Shown here: positions 40,262 to 50,291 of the stretch, one piece after another
How the letters are laid out: every line of letters begins with the position of its first letter
How positions within the stretch are numbered: position 1 is the first letter of the stretch
Source of the DNA: Planctomycetota bacterium
Lineage (GTDB): Bacteria > Planctomycetota > UBA8108 > UBA1146
Length of the DNA stretch: 64,000 nt
Assembly (NCBI GenBank): GCA_036338595.1
Contig: JAYZBV010000015.1
Span: 14,103 to 78,102, forward strand
Direction of reading: 5' to 3'
Made by a program: the position numbers and the translations under genes
Notes under the pieces: generated by a model
What the model saw: the letters and a program-made list of their open reading frames with translations, nothing else
What the model was told of the DNA's origin: nothing
Database searches by the model: none

Positions 40262-41229
40262 GCAAATCAGATCTCCGCATCCTGGTAGCAGACGACGACG
40301 CCGGCGCGAGGGAACTGATTGCAGCCATCCTCGATGCAGAAGGATGGCCATCTCCGACCACTGTCGAGGACGGTGAGGCGGCTCTCCAGCAGATAGGACA
40401 AGAGCACTGGGACATCCTGGTGACAGATCTCGACATGCCCCGCATGCGAGGTGACGAACTGGTCGTGCATGCACTCGAGGAAGATCCCGATCTGAGCATC
40501 GTCGTGACGACAGGTGACGGGACCGTGGGAAATGCCGTGGACCTGATCAAGAAGGGTGCCACTGATTTCATTCCCAAACCATACGACGTCGATGACTTTC
40601 TGGCTTCGATGGAACGAGCCAAGACTCGTGCGCTCGGAATTCACGAGGTGAAAGGGATGAGGCAGACGGTGGAAGCCCTGCTGGTCGCCCTGGAAAGCAA
40701 GGATCGTTATCTCAATGGGCACTCTGCAAGAGTGAGAGACATGGCGGTCAAACTCGGAGAGATCTCGGGCCTCGATCGTGGCCAGTTGCGCTCGCTGTCT
40801 CACGCTGCACTGCTTCATGACATCGGGAAGATCGGTGTTCACGAGGATATCCTCAACAAGGCAGGGGTGCTGACAGACAACGAGTATGAGATCATCAAGA
40901 AACACCCTCAGATGTCTGCTGACATCATTGCGCCGGTTCCATTTTTGAACCCGAGCCTCAAGGGTGTTCTTCATCATCATGAAAATTGGGATGGGACTGG
41001 CTATCCGGAAGGTCTGTCGGGGGAGCAGATACCTCTGATGGCACGGATCATCGCAGTGGTCGATGCTTTCGATGCCATGACGAGTGATCGCTCCTATCGA
41101 GGCGCTCTCTCGGAAGTGGAAGCTATCGATCGCATCCGTGCTGGCAGCGGCAGCCAATTTGATCCCCGTATTGCGCAACTTTTTCAACAACACAAGGACA
41201 AGATCCTCGAGGGAGAGGAAGTGATCTGA
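40258..41229 (+). CDS. Response regulator with HD-GYP phosphodiesterase domain
   Basis: REC (ILVADDD, TDLDMP, KP) plus HSARV, LLHDIGK, HHENWDGTGYP, VVDAFDAMTSDR; ATGA overlap with the upstream gene. Confidence 0.93.
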   Translation: MSKSDLRILVADDDAGARELIAAILDAEGWPSPTTVEDGEAALQQIGQEHWDILVTDLDMPRMRGDELVVHALEEDPDLSIVVTTGDGTVGNAVDLIKKGATDFIPKPYDVDDFLASMERAKTRALGIHEVKGMRQTVEALLVALESKDRYLNGHSARVRDMAVKLGEISGLDRGQLRSLSHAALLHDIGKIGVHEDILNKAGVLTDNEYEIIKKHPQMSADIIAPVPFLNPSLKGVLHHHENWDGTGYPEGLSGEQIPLMARIIAVVDAFDAMTSDRSYRGALSEVEAIDRIRAGSGSQFDPRIAQLFQQHKDKILEGEEVI

Positions 41230-42287
41230 TGAGTACTCCATTGGCAGAATCGGGCATGTCCCACAAGAAGTCAGTTTTGCACCTGCCGGTCTTCAATGAG
41301 TCCGGAGGCAAGGATATCTACGTTGCCGGTAACGATCCGAGAACACTACGGGTGCTACGGACACTATCGGCGGTAGCTCCCACCGATTCGACGATCCTGG
41401 TGGGTGGTGAAAGTGGCACGGGAAAGGATCTCATCGCGCGTCTGGTACACCAGACCAGTCCTCGCCGAGATGGTCCGTGGGTTGCCGTCGATTGCAGCTC
41501 GATTCCTGGATCATTGATCGAGAGCGAACTGTTTGGAGCGCTGAAGGGGTCCTACACCGGGATCGATCGAGACAAGAAGGGCCTGATCGAGCATGCTTCG
41601 GGAGGCACGCTGTTCCTCGATGAGATTGGCGAACTACCGATTGAATCGCAGGCGAAGTTGCTGAGAGTCCTCCAGACGGGGCGAATCCGCGCCGTAGGAT
41701 CGACCGATGACCGGGCGGTAGATGTACGCATCATCGCTGCCACGAATCGAGATCTGCGTGAAGAAGTATCTGCCGGAAGATTCCGTCTCGATCTCTTTTA
41801 CCGGGTTCATGTGGTTCATGTCGAACTGGCTCCTCTCAGAGATCGCCACTCGGAATTGCCTCACATAGTGGAATCGATCCTGGATCGACTCCGCGCACGC
41901 GATATCAGCGTTCCATCGCTGACCTCGAGTGCTGTCGATGTTCTCACTCAGCACAACTGGCCCGGTAACATTCGCGAACTCGAGAATGTGCTGGAGAGGG
42001 CGGTCCTTCTCAGTGGTGGTGAAGAGGTAAACGGGGAGATGATTCGTGAGCAAATTGCCACGACTCCGATGGACCTCCCTGTTGAGACTCGCAGTGGCAG
42101 CACGAACTCGGCAGGATATTCCGTGGAGATGTCGCTGAAGGAAGTGGAAGACGCCCACATCGCCAAGGTGCTCTCTCACCATGGAGGCAACAAGACACGT
42201 GCGGCCAGGGATCTAGGTGTGAATGTGAAGACCATCTACAACCGCACTGTAGCCAACAAGAAGGTCGACGGGTCCAGCGACCAGTGA
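41229..42287 (+). CDS. AAA+/Fis-HTH enhancer-binding-type regulator without sensor domain
   Basis: [65 protein letters not shown]; the GAFTGA position reads GSYTGI. Confidence 0.92.
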   Translation: MSTPLAESGMSHKKSVLHLPVFNESGGKDIYVAGNDPRTLRVLRTLSAVAPTDSTILVGGESGTGKDLIARLVHQTSPRRDGPWVAVDCSSIPGSLIESELFGALKGSYTGIDRDKKGLIEHASGGTLFLDEIGELPIESQAKLLRVLQTGRIRAVGSTDDRAVDVRIIAATNRDLREEVSAGRFRLDLFYRVHVVHVELAPLRDRHSELPHIVESILDRLRARDISVPSLTSSAVDVLTQHNWPGNIRELENVLERAVLLSGGEEVNGEMIREQIATTPMDLPVETRSGSTNSAGYSVEMSLKEVEDAHIAKVLSHHGGNKTRAARDLGVNVKTIYNRTVANKKVDGSSDQ

Positions 42288-42310
42288 ACGAGGCAAACCT
42301 AACTTGATGA

Positions 42311-42889
42311 TCAAAGTCCAGGGGGGTCGATGGTGAGTGCAATCGGGGCCCCCCTGCGCTCGATCAGGACCACGACTGGATTTCCCGCCCTCAGTTTTTC
42401 CAGGCTGTCGCCGTGTGCGTCGAGGCAGTCTCCGAGCGAGCCGAAATCAAGCGGGACACCATTCACCGAGCGCAGAACGTCATTTTCTCTCAGGCCCACC
42501 TTCGCCAGAAAACTCTCCGGAAGGATGCCGAATATCTTGAGCGAACCGTCTTCCTGAACCTCACTGGAGGCGTTCATCAGCTCTCTGCGGCATTCGTTCA
42601 GGTTTCCCATCCGCTCGAGCAGTGGCTTGTTGATGCGATAGATTTCTGATTGGGGTCGTCGAGTCGATCCCCCTGTAGAGGCATCGGATCCGCCCGAGAC
42701 CAGCATCTGATCCAGTTCCGTACGCTGTTCGATGGTGAGTTGCGACCGCCACTGCTGCTCTGGAATCTTCTCGGATTGCATGGCGCTGGCCGGGTAGGTG
42801 CTCGGCAGACCGATCAAGCCCCCCCAGCCCAGTGCTCCCAGGGTCATCAGGATGAACAAACCCCAGAGTATTTTTTCGATGGGATTCAT
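42311..42889 (-). CDS. Membrane-anchored PDZ-domain protein (GspC C-terminal-like)
   Basis: N-terminal TM helix; SFLAKVGLRENDVLRSVNG and VLIERRG PDZ pattern; start at MNPIEK. Confidence 0.7.
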   Translation of the reverse strand: MNPIEKILWGLFILMTLGALGWGGLIGLPSTYPASAMQSEKIPEQQWRSQLTIEQRTELDQMLVSGGSDASTGGSTRRPQSEIYRINKPLLERMGNLNECRRELMNASSEVQEDGSLKIFGILPESFLAKVGLRENDVLRSVNGVPLDFGSLGDCLDAHGDSLEKLRAGNPVVVLIERRGAPIALTIDPPGL

Positions 42890-43033
42890 CCCATCTCCCT
42901 CCAGATCGATGGCTCGACCGCAGTTCAACTTTCAGGCATGACCATCGCCCCTGAGTTTCTGGTCACTGAGTTTCGGGTCCCTGGGGCGCACCTGGTGTTT
43001 CTATCATACCGGATCGAATCGATTTCTTCATCG

Positions 43034-43768
43034 TCACTGCAGATGTGAGATGGAATTGGACGGCAGTCGTTGCGGCTCTGGTGGAAAGATGGGGGCTCCT
43101 TGCGGCAGCAATGTCCTGGGTGCGCCGATGGGGCAGATCCACACCTCACCTGCGCGGGCTGGTCCTTCGCCCAGCAGCAACCCCATGTGGGGTATACAGA
43201 GGGCGACCGTCGAACTTGCCGTGACTACCGCCCCGGGAGACTCACCCGAGTCTGCCACCAGCCCGGAAGGCAGGTCCACCGACAGCACCATCGCCTCTTG
43301 TTGCTCGATCCAGTCGATGCAGTCCGATAGTGGCTCGCGAGGCGCGCGGTTGGTTCCGCTGCCGAGTACGGCATCGATGATGAGGTCGATGGAGGCCGCT
43401 CCTGTACCCCCGGGTGGATGGTTGTCCATCTGGATACCGAGCCGGATACAGATTTCCCGATTCGTTTGACGGTCCGGGTGTGCCGAAGTGGGGGTGAGGT
43501 CGATCAGCTGGATCGAGTGACCGAGTGACGCCAGGTGGCGGGCGGCAGCAAATCCATCGCCTCCATTGCCGCCGGGCCCACAGCAGATGGTGATCCGACC
43601 CTTTCCACTGGCGACCTCTGATTCTGCAAGCATTCGCACGGCTCGGCGTGCGATTCCGATCGATGCGTGTTCCATCAGGATCAGACCTGGAATCCCGAAG
43701 CCTTCCGTAGCCCTCTGATCGATCTCCTCGATCGCTTTCCTGGTGCAGTGTTCTCGATGGAACATCAT
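43034..43768 (-). CDS. nnrE: NAD(P)H-hydrate epimerase (stand-alone YjeF N domain)
   Basis: LMEHA, CGPGGNGGDGFAAARHL, IDAVLGSG, SVDLPSGL..DSG. Confidence 0.88.
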   Translation of the reverse strand: MMFHREHCTRKAIEEIDQRATEGFGIPGLILMEHASIGIARRAVRMLAESEVASGKGRITICCGPGGNGGDGFAAARHLASLGHSIQLIDLTPTSAHPDRQTNREICIRLGIQMDNHPPGGTGAASIDLIIDAVLGSGTNRAPREPLSDCIDWIEQQEAMVLSVDLPSGLVADSGESPGAVVTASSTVALCIPHMGLLLGEGPARAGEVWICPIGAPRTLLPQGAPIFPPEPQRLPSNSISHLQ

Positions 43769-43774
43769 ATCCCT

Positions 43775-45535
43775 TCAGCGATCTCGCGGCGTGCGTGAGA
43801 TGCCTAATCGCATGTGCATCGGGGTGTATCGAAAATAGGTTTCAAAGGTGAGCACTCCGAGTGCTGTCTGTGCGACACGGCCACCGGCAGCCCCGATCCA
43901 GTTTGGATCTGGATCCCAGGAGCCCGATGCATCCCCGGAAGTGATTTGCAAGGGCAGGACCTTCTCCTGAAGCTGACGATTCCATCGACTCCAGGGTTCC
44001 CCTCCGATGTGAAACAGGGCGAGCGTACCCGTGTACCAGTAGTACATCGATTGGGGGTGTTGATCCCAATCTCGACGGTCTTCCGGTCGTGGCCCGTGTT
44101 CTGCGATACGGCGTGCGCAGATGAGATTGCGCTCTGCGACCGGGGAGTGCCCGAGTGCCAGCAGCGTGATCAACCCGACCGCATCGATGCCGAACCCTCC
44201 TCGCCCGCGTCCTCTACCTCGGTCGGAGTAGGTGGAATGTCCACCATCACCGATGGCCCGGTCCAGGTATCTCCCGATGGCAGTCAAGGTCTGTTGCTGA
44301 GGGAAGATTCCTGCCTCGATTCCGGCATGAATCGCGAGCACCTGCCAGCCGGTGATGGAGAGATCGTTACGGAGCGAAAGGGATGGGGTGTAGTCCCAGC
44401 CTCCCCCGGCTTGCTGGCTCGATTCCAGGAACAGGATCGCCTTGCGAGCCGCTTCTTCGATCTTCGGATCTGCAGTCAATTGCGCAGTTTCGCACAGTGC
44501 AAAGGCGGCGATGCCGTGATCGTACATGTTACGGGATCCGGTTTCCAAATCGGTGCGGATGCAGCCCTGCGAATCCTGGTGTTCGAGAAGCCACTGCAGA
44601 GATCTTGTCGTCGCCGAGTCGAGTGGGTCGTCTGAAGAGTCGGGAAGATGTCCGTCGCCGAGCAAGGCCAGCAATGCCAAAGCAGTGATCCCTGCACGAT
44701 GTTCAGGATAGCCCGGGCCCTGGCAGGTCTGCTCGACGCCGAGGCAGCGAGCATCGAAATGATCTGGCGACCAGCTTCCATCCGGATCTTGATGGCGGGC
44801 GAGCCAATCGAGTCCTGCCCTGACTGCGCTCTCGGTTGCGGGATTGCCGCCATGGTTTGCGAGAGCTTCGCTTCGCAGTTGCCCTTTTCTACGGCTTCCC
44901 TCTGAACCCTGAGCGGCTCCAATCCCGGTCACCTCGACCTCGACTTCCACTCCTGGAGCCAGGGTCGACTCTGCTTCGTCCTGTGAAACTGGCTCCGGGT
45001 CCGGTTGCGGTTGAGATTCTGGTTCAGGGTCGACCACCTGCGGCGGGTCTGGTTCCTCGACCGCCTTGATCTTCCTGGGTTCGAGCCGAATCACGACGTT
45101 CCATGATCGGGGATCCGGTTCAGGTTCGGGAATCAGCAGCGGAATCAGTATCAATAGCAGGGTGCCGTGCAGGACCATCGAAGCGACCACCGACGAGAAG
45201 GGGTCGGATGGGGTGGGAGCGATTTCCCTCGGCAAGGGTCCAGCCCTGTCGGTGGGGATGGAGGGTCGATTTGGCGTCGGCGGACGAGGGGTACGCGGTT
45301 CGAGGGCAGCGCCCCTCTTTCGACGCGCGATCGATCTGCGCTGGCTGCTGGTTTTCCGTCGACTCGGGCCTTCAGCGGGTGGGTGTTCGGTCGAGGGCAG
45401 GTCGCTGCGGGAACCCTTGCGAGGTACAGAACGAGCGGAAGGTGCGGAAATACGCCGTTTTCCGAAGATGGACCGGAGCCGCAGTCGGAGCCACTGCAGT
45501 TCCTTTTGAAAGATCTGGCGCAGGAATCGAGCCAC
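43775..45535 (-). CDS. Membrane-anchored prenyltransferase/squalene-oxidase-repeat (alpha/alpha barrel) protein
   Basis: SMVLHGTLLLIL TM, Pro/Glu linker, GLDWLARHQDPDGSW, SQQAGGGWDY, YYWYTGT, GGRVAQTA..L; likely GTG start at 45535 after AAGGAG. Confidence 0.8.
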   Translation of the reverse strand: MARFLRQIFQKELQWLRLRLRSIFGKRRISAPSARSVPRKGSRSDLPSTEHPPAEGPSRRKTSSQRRSIARRKRGAALEPRTPRPPTPNRPSIPTDRAGPLPREIAPTPSDPFSSVVASMVLHGTLLLILIPLLIPEPEPDPRSWNVVIRLEPRKIKAVEEPDPPQVVDPEPESQPQPDPEPVSQDEAESTLAPGVEVEVEVTGIGAAQGSEGSRRKGQLRSEALANHGGNPATESAVRAGLDWLARHQDPDGSWSPDHFDARCLGVEQTCQGPGYPEHRAGITALALLALLGDGHLPDSSDDPLDSATTRSLQWLLEHQDSQGCIRTDLETGSRNMYDHGIAAFALCETAQLTADPKIEEAARKAILFLESSQQAGGGWDYTPSLSLRNDLSITGWQVLAIHAGIEAGIFPQQQTLTAIGRYLDRAIGDGGHSTYSDRGRGRGRGGFGIDAVGLITLLALGHSPVAERNLICARRIAEHGPRPEDRRDWDQHPQSMYYWYTGTLALFHIGGEPWSRWNRQLQEKVLPLQITSGDASGSWDPDPNWIGAAGGRVAQTALGVLTFETYFRYTPMHMRLGISRTPRDR

Positions 45536-46103
45536 AGAGGGCTCCTTTCGCTCTCCTGGGGGCCTGCAGGACGGCGTCTCTGTCCCCATCCTGGAGGCGA
45601 GAAGAGTGGGATGCCACCCTCGCGAATATTGACTCTTCTCGGCGGGGGGAATACGATGTCTCGCTGTCCCCTCACGGGGATCTTCGGCGGGAACGATGGC
45701 TCCTCCGGTCGCCAGGTTTCCACGGTGATTTGCACTCTTTCCGGGTGATCCGGAGGGGATAGATCGCCAGCCGGGGAGTGTCACTTGTGGCACAGTGAGG
45801 GGGTGAAGCGTCAACTTCCCTTGACGGTAATTGGTTCCATGTGATCTCTCAGAGCACAGTGGAAGCCCGTTTCCTCACCTGCAGAGGTGTTGCTATTGTT
45901 ATGGCCGGTGATTTGCGTGTCTTTTTTAGGAAATGGAACGAGTTGAAACCGGCACCCCGCCCGAGGTGGGAATGTCCCGTTTGTCATGGGATCCGAAGAG
46001 TTTCGCTCGTCTTGAAATGAAGCAGCCATACCCCGGCTCCGGAGTGCCCACCCGGAGGTGCATGGGGGAAAGGAGAGCCAGCGTGCTCCACTCGGAGATG
46101 TCG

Positions 46104-49100
46104 ATGCGTTCGACCAGCCTCTTGCTCCTGTTCACCCTCGTGTTTGCGGTCGCCGCCGGAGGCTGCAACTCGGGTCACCGTTTTGGTGGCCAGTTCGGGG
46201 ATCCGCCGGTCACGGAGCCACCTCCGCCACCCCCGGAACCCGATTGCATTTCGCCTGTGCTGAATAATGTTGCCCCGGTTCCCGTTCAAGGGGCTGCAGG
46301 ATCGACATTGACTCTCGATGGGGTCAACTTCAGTCCAGTACTCGAAGAGAACCGGGTGCTGTTCCGGAGCTTCAGCAATCAGACGATCCTCGAGGGCTAT
46401 ATCAGCAACATCAATGTCGACACCACACCACCCACCGGATCCTGCGGAAACCCCTCGTTTCTGTCCGTGGTGGTACCGAGCGGGGTTCGCAGTGGAACCG
46501 TTGAATTGTTCGTATCCGGGGTTTTTGCCGGTGCAGATGTGTTCACCGCAGCTCCCGAGATTGTCGGATTTGCCGTGGGCGAAGATGGGGACAGTGTGCT
46601 GGTCAGTGACGGAGCAGTTTTCTTGCCAACGGACGTGATCGTCGTGTATGGCTACAACCTGAGTACCGTGACCAGTGCCAACATCGATGATGGCAGTACG
46701 GTTACGCCTTCACCGAGTGTCCAGAGTGGCACAGGAAATGTGAATTATGACCTGCCCGGTGACATGGAGGCAGTTCGAGTCGAGTTGACTCCGTTTGCTC
46801 TCTCGGGAGACACCTCACCGCTCGGGATCACATTGACTGCGGCAACAGCGGCACTGCCGCTGGTGAGTTCCGAGATCCAGCTTCCTGCGGCGACCCCTCA
46901 GGGCCCCGGAGAGTGGTCTGCGATTCCTCCTTACACGGTAGCGGGGCTGATGCCGGGAGGTATTCGTGCGGGAAACATCCCACTCCAGTTCGTGATCGTC
47001 GGTGATCCGGTTCGCGGCCGCTTTGATGCGATTCCCGAGTTTGAGAATCCGATCGGGTCCGACAACTGGGATCCTTGCACCGCTGTCGAGGAGACATTCG
47101 ATGGGCAAGGGATGGTGCCCACGGGGTTTGGGTTTGTCGGAGCAGCCCCCTTCGCAGTGGCTCCTGGTCAGAAGATGACCTACCAGTGGGATAGTGCTGC
47201 AGATCTTCCCGATGGCATGACCATCACGAAGGTTCGACTGCAACTGGGAGATCCGGTGCCTGCGACTGCGGCCACCAGTGCGACGGGAATCTGGACCTCC
47301 GGGCCGATGGTCATCAACAATACCCTTGGCGGAAGTGCAGCGGGTTCCGTTGCCGAGAATTTTGAATCCCTCACCAATTACGATCCTACCGCAGGGGGTG
47401 CTGTCTGGGGCGGTGGGCTGCTCGAGTTCAATGCCGTGGCGCCCGAGGTGAGTGGCGCGCTTTCGGTGGGTTCTTGCTCGGATCCTTTCTTTTGCGATGT
47501 GATCCTCCAGGCCGATCGAACCTACGACATGAATTCCCTCAATGGCTCGATCTACGATGTGACCGATGATCCACCCATCGAGATCCTTTCAGCGGGTCCG
47601 GTCCCGGGTGAGTTTCAGATGAGGACCTTTGCCATGGAGGCCGGGGCGATCGTGCAACTTTCGGGACCTGACGATCTTCCGGTCATCCTGCGCTGCTCCG
47701 GAACGGGCAATCCGGATGATATTGTGTGCCTGCTGGCGGGTACTCTCGATCTATCCGGATCGGATGGATCCGAGGGAGTTTCTGCCATTGGCGGGGATGG
47801 CGGTGCCGCCGGACCTGGCGGAGGCGCCGGAGGAACCGGCGCCACGATGGAAGTCGATGCTGCCACCCAGACCATCAATTCCGTCACGCCGTCGACAGCG
47901 GGTGAGTTCGGTGGCGGTGGCGGTGGTTCACTGGATCTGGTCATCCCTGCTGCGATCTACACGACCCGTGCTGGCAATGCCGGTGGCGGTGGCGGTGGCG
48001 TCAGAGGTGGCGACGGGATCAACACCTTCTCCTTCAACCTCTCGAACCGGGCCGAGAACGGCTCGGGCGGCTTCCCGACCATGGATTCGCTCGGGATCCA
48101 GCTCAACGGCGGTGGCGGCGGTGGAGGTGGCGGTGCCGGTACGCGGCGCCCGACCACGACCGCCTCTCCTGTCGTCAACAACGGTGGTGGTGGCGGTGGT
48201 GGCGGTGGTGCCCTCGGCATCGTCGTCGATGGATCGGTTCGTATCACCGGAACGATCCTGCTCAATGGTGGAAATGGCCAGCGCGGTGTTCAGGGGACCA
48301 CGGCAGGTGCCGGAGGTGGCGGCGGCGGTGGAAGCATCGTTGTCAGAGCCAGCGGCGACCTGGAAGTGGGAGCCACGGCTTCCGTCATTGCGATGGGTGG
48401 TTTCGGTGGAATCCAGCTCGAATCTCCCAATGGATCGCAGATCCAGAAGGGTGGCACCGGTGGCGACGGATTGGTCCGCTTTGAAGCCAATGGCTCGATG
48501 GTGTTTCCTGGCACCCTGGATGAATCTGCACTACTGCCTCCGGTCGGAGTCGGTATGGGAACATCGTACGGCATCTCATCCGGAACCATCGAAGTTGGAA
48601 CCGGAGTCATTGCGATGCTGCTGACCGCAGCGGACAGTCCGTATCTTGCGGACACGGACGCTGGAATCATCACAAACGGCAGCGGAAGCCTGATCTACGA
48701 CAATGGTGTGGATGGTGTGTTCGAGTTCGGATCGATCCAGATCGACGAACTGGCGCTGTTGATTGGTGTGGGAAGCAACTCAATGTTTCTTCGCTCCTCG
48801 GGTGGTGTCGAGATTTCAGGAGTCATCGATGTCAGTGGCATCTCGGGTGGAATTCCTGATCTTTCCGATCCAGCCAACCCCGTGCCAGGCGCCGGAGGTG
48901 GCGCAGGTGCCGGAGGAGGTGCCGGAGGAGCTGCGGGTCTGGCTCAGTTGGGCGCTCTCACCGATGGCGAGGACGGCGGTATCCCCGCCGGTGTTCCTCC
49001 CGAGTTGATCTACACGGGAGTACCACCCGGTGGTGACCCCGGCGGGACCATTCCTCCTGACATGATTGCTGCAGCAACCGGCGGAGATGCTGCGGAAGGC

Positions 49101-50078
49101 CCCACCAGTTGTACTGTTGGGGGCGGCGGAGGCGGCGGCTACGCCGATGAGGGAGTCGATGGAAGCGGAGCAGGAGCCTGCACCGATCCGGAGTTCCCGG
49201 CAGCGGGTCAGGGAGGCAGCGCCTACGGTGCGGCTTCCTTCATCGTTCCGGATCCAACCACCCCCGGAGCCAGCCTTCCATTGCATGTTGGCGGCCTCGG
49301 TGGAGGTGGCGGCGGTGCGCTCTTCGACACTGATATCGCAACCTCGATTCCGGGTACCGGAGGAGGAGGTGGTGGTGGGTACATCGAAATCACTGCCAAT
49401 GGACCGATGAACATCAATCCCACAGCAGGCATCTTCGCAGTGGGAGGCAGTGCTTACCGCGCTCCCATCGGAGCTGCGGCTGGTGGTGCCGGTGCAGGAG
49501 GTGCGATCCGGGTGCGAGGGCGAAGTGTCGTCAATGTTGCTTCCGGGGCGCAACTCGATGCGAGCGGTGGGTTTGCCAATCAGCCGGTTCCAGGGAGCCC
49601 TTACCCGACGGATGGATCCAACACAGGAGGCAGTGGTGCCGAAGGCTGGGTGAGAGTGGAAACTCCACTCGGCTTCTCTGACACGGGAATCGATGTGATC
49701 CCTGCTCCTAGCATCGGTACCTTCTCGTTGTTCGGAAATGCACTGAGTTCGGCAGCTTCCACGCCTTACAATCTGGTCAGTGACGATGGAAGTTCCTACT
49801 CCAATCTGGTGTTGCAAACAGCCACCACGACGCTCCTGTCTGACAGCCCTGCAAACATTCAAATTCTCTATGAGGGCTATGGAGTCAGCGATGTTGCATC
49901 GGGGCAGACAGGTCCATTGCTGGGTATCGTGGCGGATCCTGACCAGCTCCTGGATCCGCAGTCGATCGTGGTGAGATTCTTCCTCTACCAGGATCCGGTG
50001 AACATCGGATTCACGCCACAACTGGATCTGGTATCGATAGGGTTCGATGAGGCACCCCCTCCTCCACCTGCTCCTTGA
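46104..50078 (+). CDS. Large glycine-rich surface lipoprotein
   Basis: Lipobox-like AAGG-C, Pro linker, IPT/TIG-like TLTLDGVNFS, two Gly-rich modules, poly-Pro end; start 46098 or 46104. Confidence 0.8.
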   Translation: MRSTSLLLLFTLVFAVAAGGCNSGHRFGGQFGDPPVTEPPPPPPEPDCISPVLNNVAPVPVQGAAGSTLTLDGVNFSPVLEENRVLFRSFSNQTILEGYISNINVDTTPPTGSCGNPSFLSVVVPSGVRSGTVELFVSGVFAGADVFTAAPEIVGFAVGEDGDSVLVSDGAVFLPTDVIVVYGYNLSTVTSANIDDGSTVTPSPSVQSGTGNVNYDLPGDMEAVRVELTPFALSGDTSPLGITLTAATAALPLVSSEIQLPAATPQGPGEWSAIPPYTVAGLMPGGIRAGNIPLQFVIVGDPVRGRFDAIPEFENPIGSDNWDPCTAVEETFDGQGMVPTGFGFVGAAPFAVAPGQKMTYQWDSAADLPDGMTITKVRLQLGDPVPATAATSATGIWTSGPMVINNTLGGSAAGSVAENFESLTNYDPTAGGAVWGGGLLEFNAVAPEVSGALSVGSCSDPFFCDVILQADRTYDMNSLNGSIYDVTDDPPIEILSAGPVPGEFQMRTFAMEAGAIVQLSGPDDLPVILRCSGTGNPDDIVCLLAGTLDLSGSDGSEGVSAIGGDGGAAGPGGGAGGTGATMEVDAATQTINSVTPSTAGEFGGGGGGSLDLVIPAAIYTTRAGNAGGGGGGVRGGDGINTFSFNLSNRAENGSGGFPTMDSLGIQLNGGGGGGGGGAGTRRPTTTASPVVNNGGGGGGGGGALGIVVDGSVRITGTILLNGGNGQRGVQGTTAGAGGGGGGGSIVVRASGDLEVGATASVIAMGGFGGIQLESPNGSQIQKGGTGGDGLVRFEANGSMVFPGTLDESALLPPVGVGMGTSYGISSGTIEVGTGVIAMLLTAADSPYLADTDAGIITNGSGSLIYDNGVDGVFEFGSIQIDELALLIGVGSNSMFLRSSGGVEISGVIDVSGISGGIPDLSDPANPVPGAGGGAGAGGGAGGAAGLAQLGALTDGEDGGIPAGVPPELIYTGVPPGGDPGGTIPPDMIAAATGGDAAEGPTSCTVGGGGGGGYADEGVDGSGAGACTDPEFPAAGQGGSAYGAASFIVPDPTTPGASLPLHVGGLGGGGGGALFDTDIATSIPGTGGGGGGGYIEITANGPMNINPTAGIFAVGGSAYRAPIGAAAGGAGAGGAIRVRGRSVVNVASGAQLDASGGFANQPVPGSPYPTDGSNTGGSGAEGWVRVETPLGFSDTGIDVIPAPSIGTFSLFGNALSSAASTPYNLVSDDGSSYSNLVLQTATTTLLSDSPANIQILYEGYGVSDVASGQTGPLLGIVADPDQLLDPQSIVVRFFLYQDPVNIGFTPQLDLVSIGFDEAPPPPPAP

Positions 50079-50109
50079 TGTTGTAGCAGACAATTCTGAG
50101 TGAATATTG

Positions 50110-50139
50110 GCCCTCCCGGGACATCGGGAGGGCTTTTTT
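50110..50139 (+). terminator. Intrinsic terminator after the Gly-rich lipoprotein
   Basis: GCCCTCCCG-ggacat-CGGGAGGGC followed by T6. Confidence 0.9.
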
Positions 50140-50291
50140 GTCGGGACAATTCTCGGCTCAATTGCGACAGGGATCGGTCGCACAGGCGTCGATTTTCCCC
50201 TAATCTTGAGGGTGGTAAGCCTGTTTTCTTCCCCGGTGCCATGTTGGCCCAGCGGTTGAGATGGGAGACCGGATATCGCGGGGGACCCATC

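Noticed and set aside
43775..45535. Squalene-hopene cyclase call
   Set aside because: Only one barrel with QW-like repeats and no DxDD catalytic motif; fits the generic prenyltransferase-repeat family.
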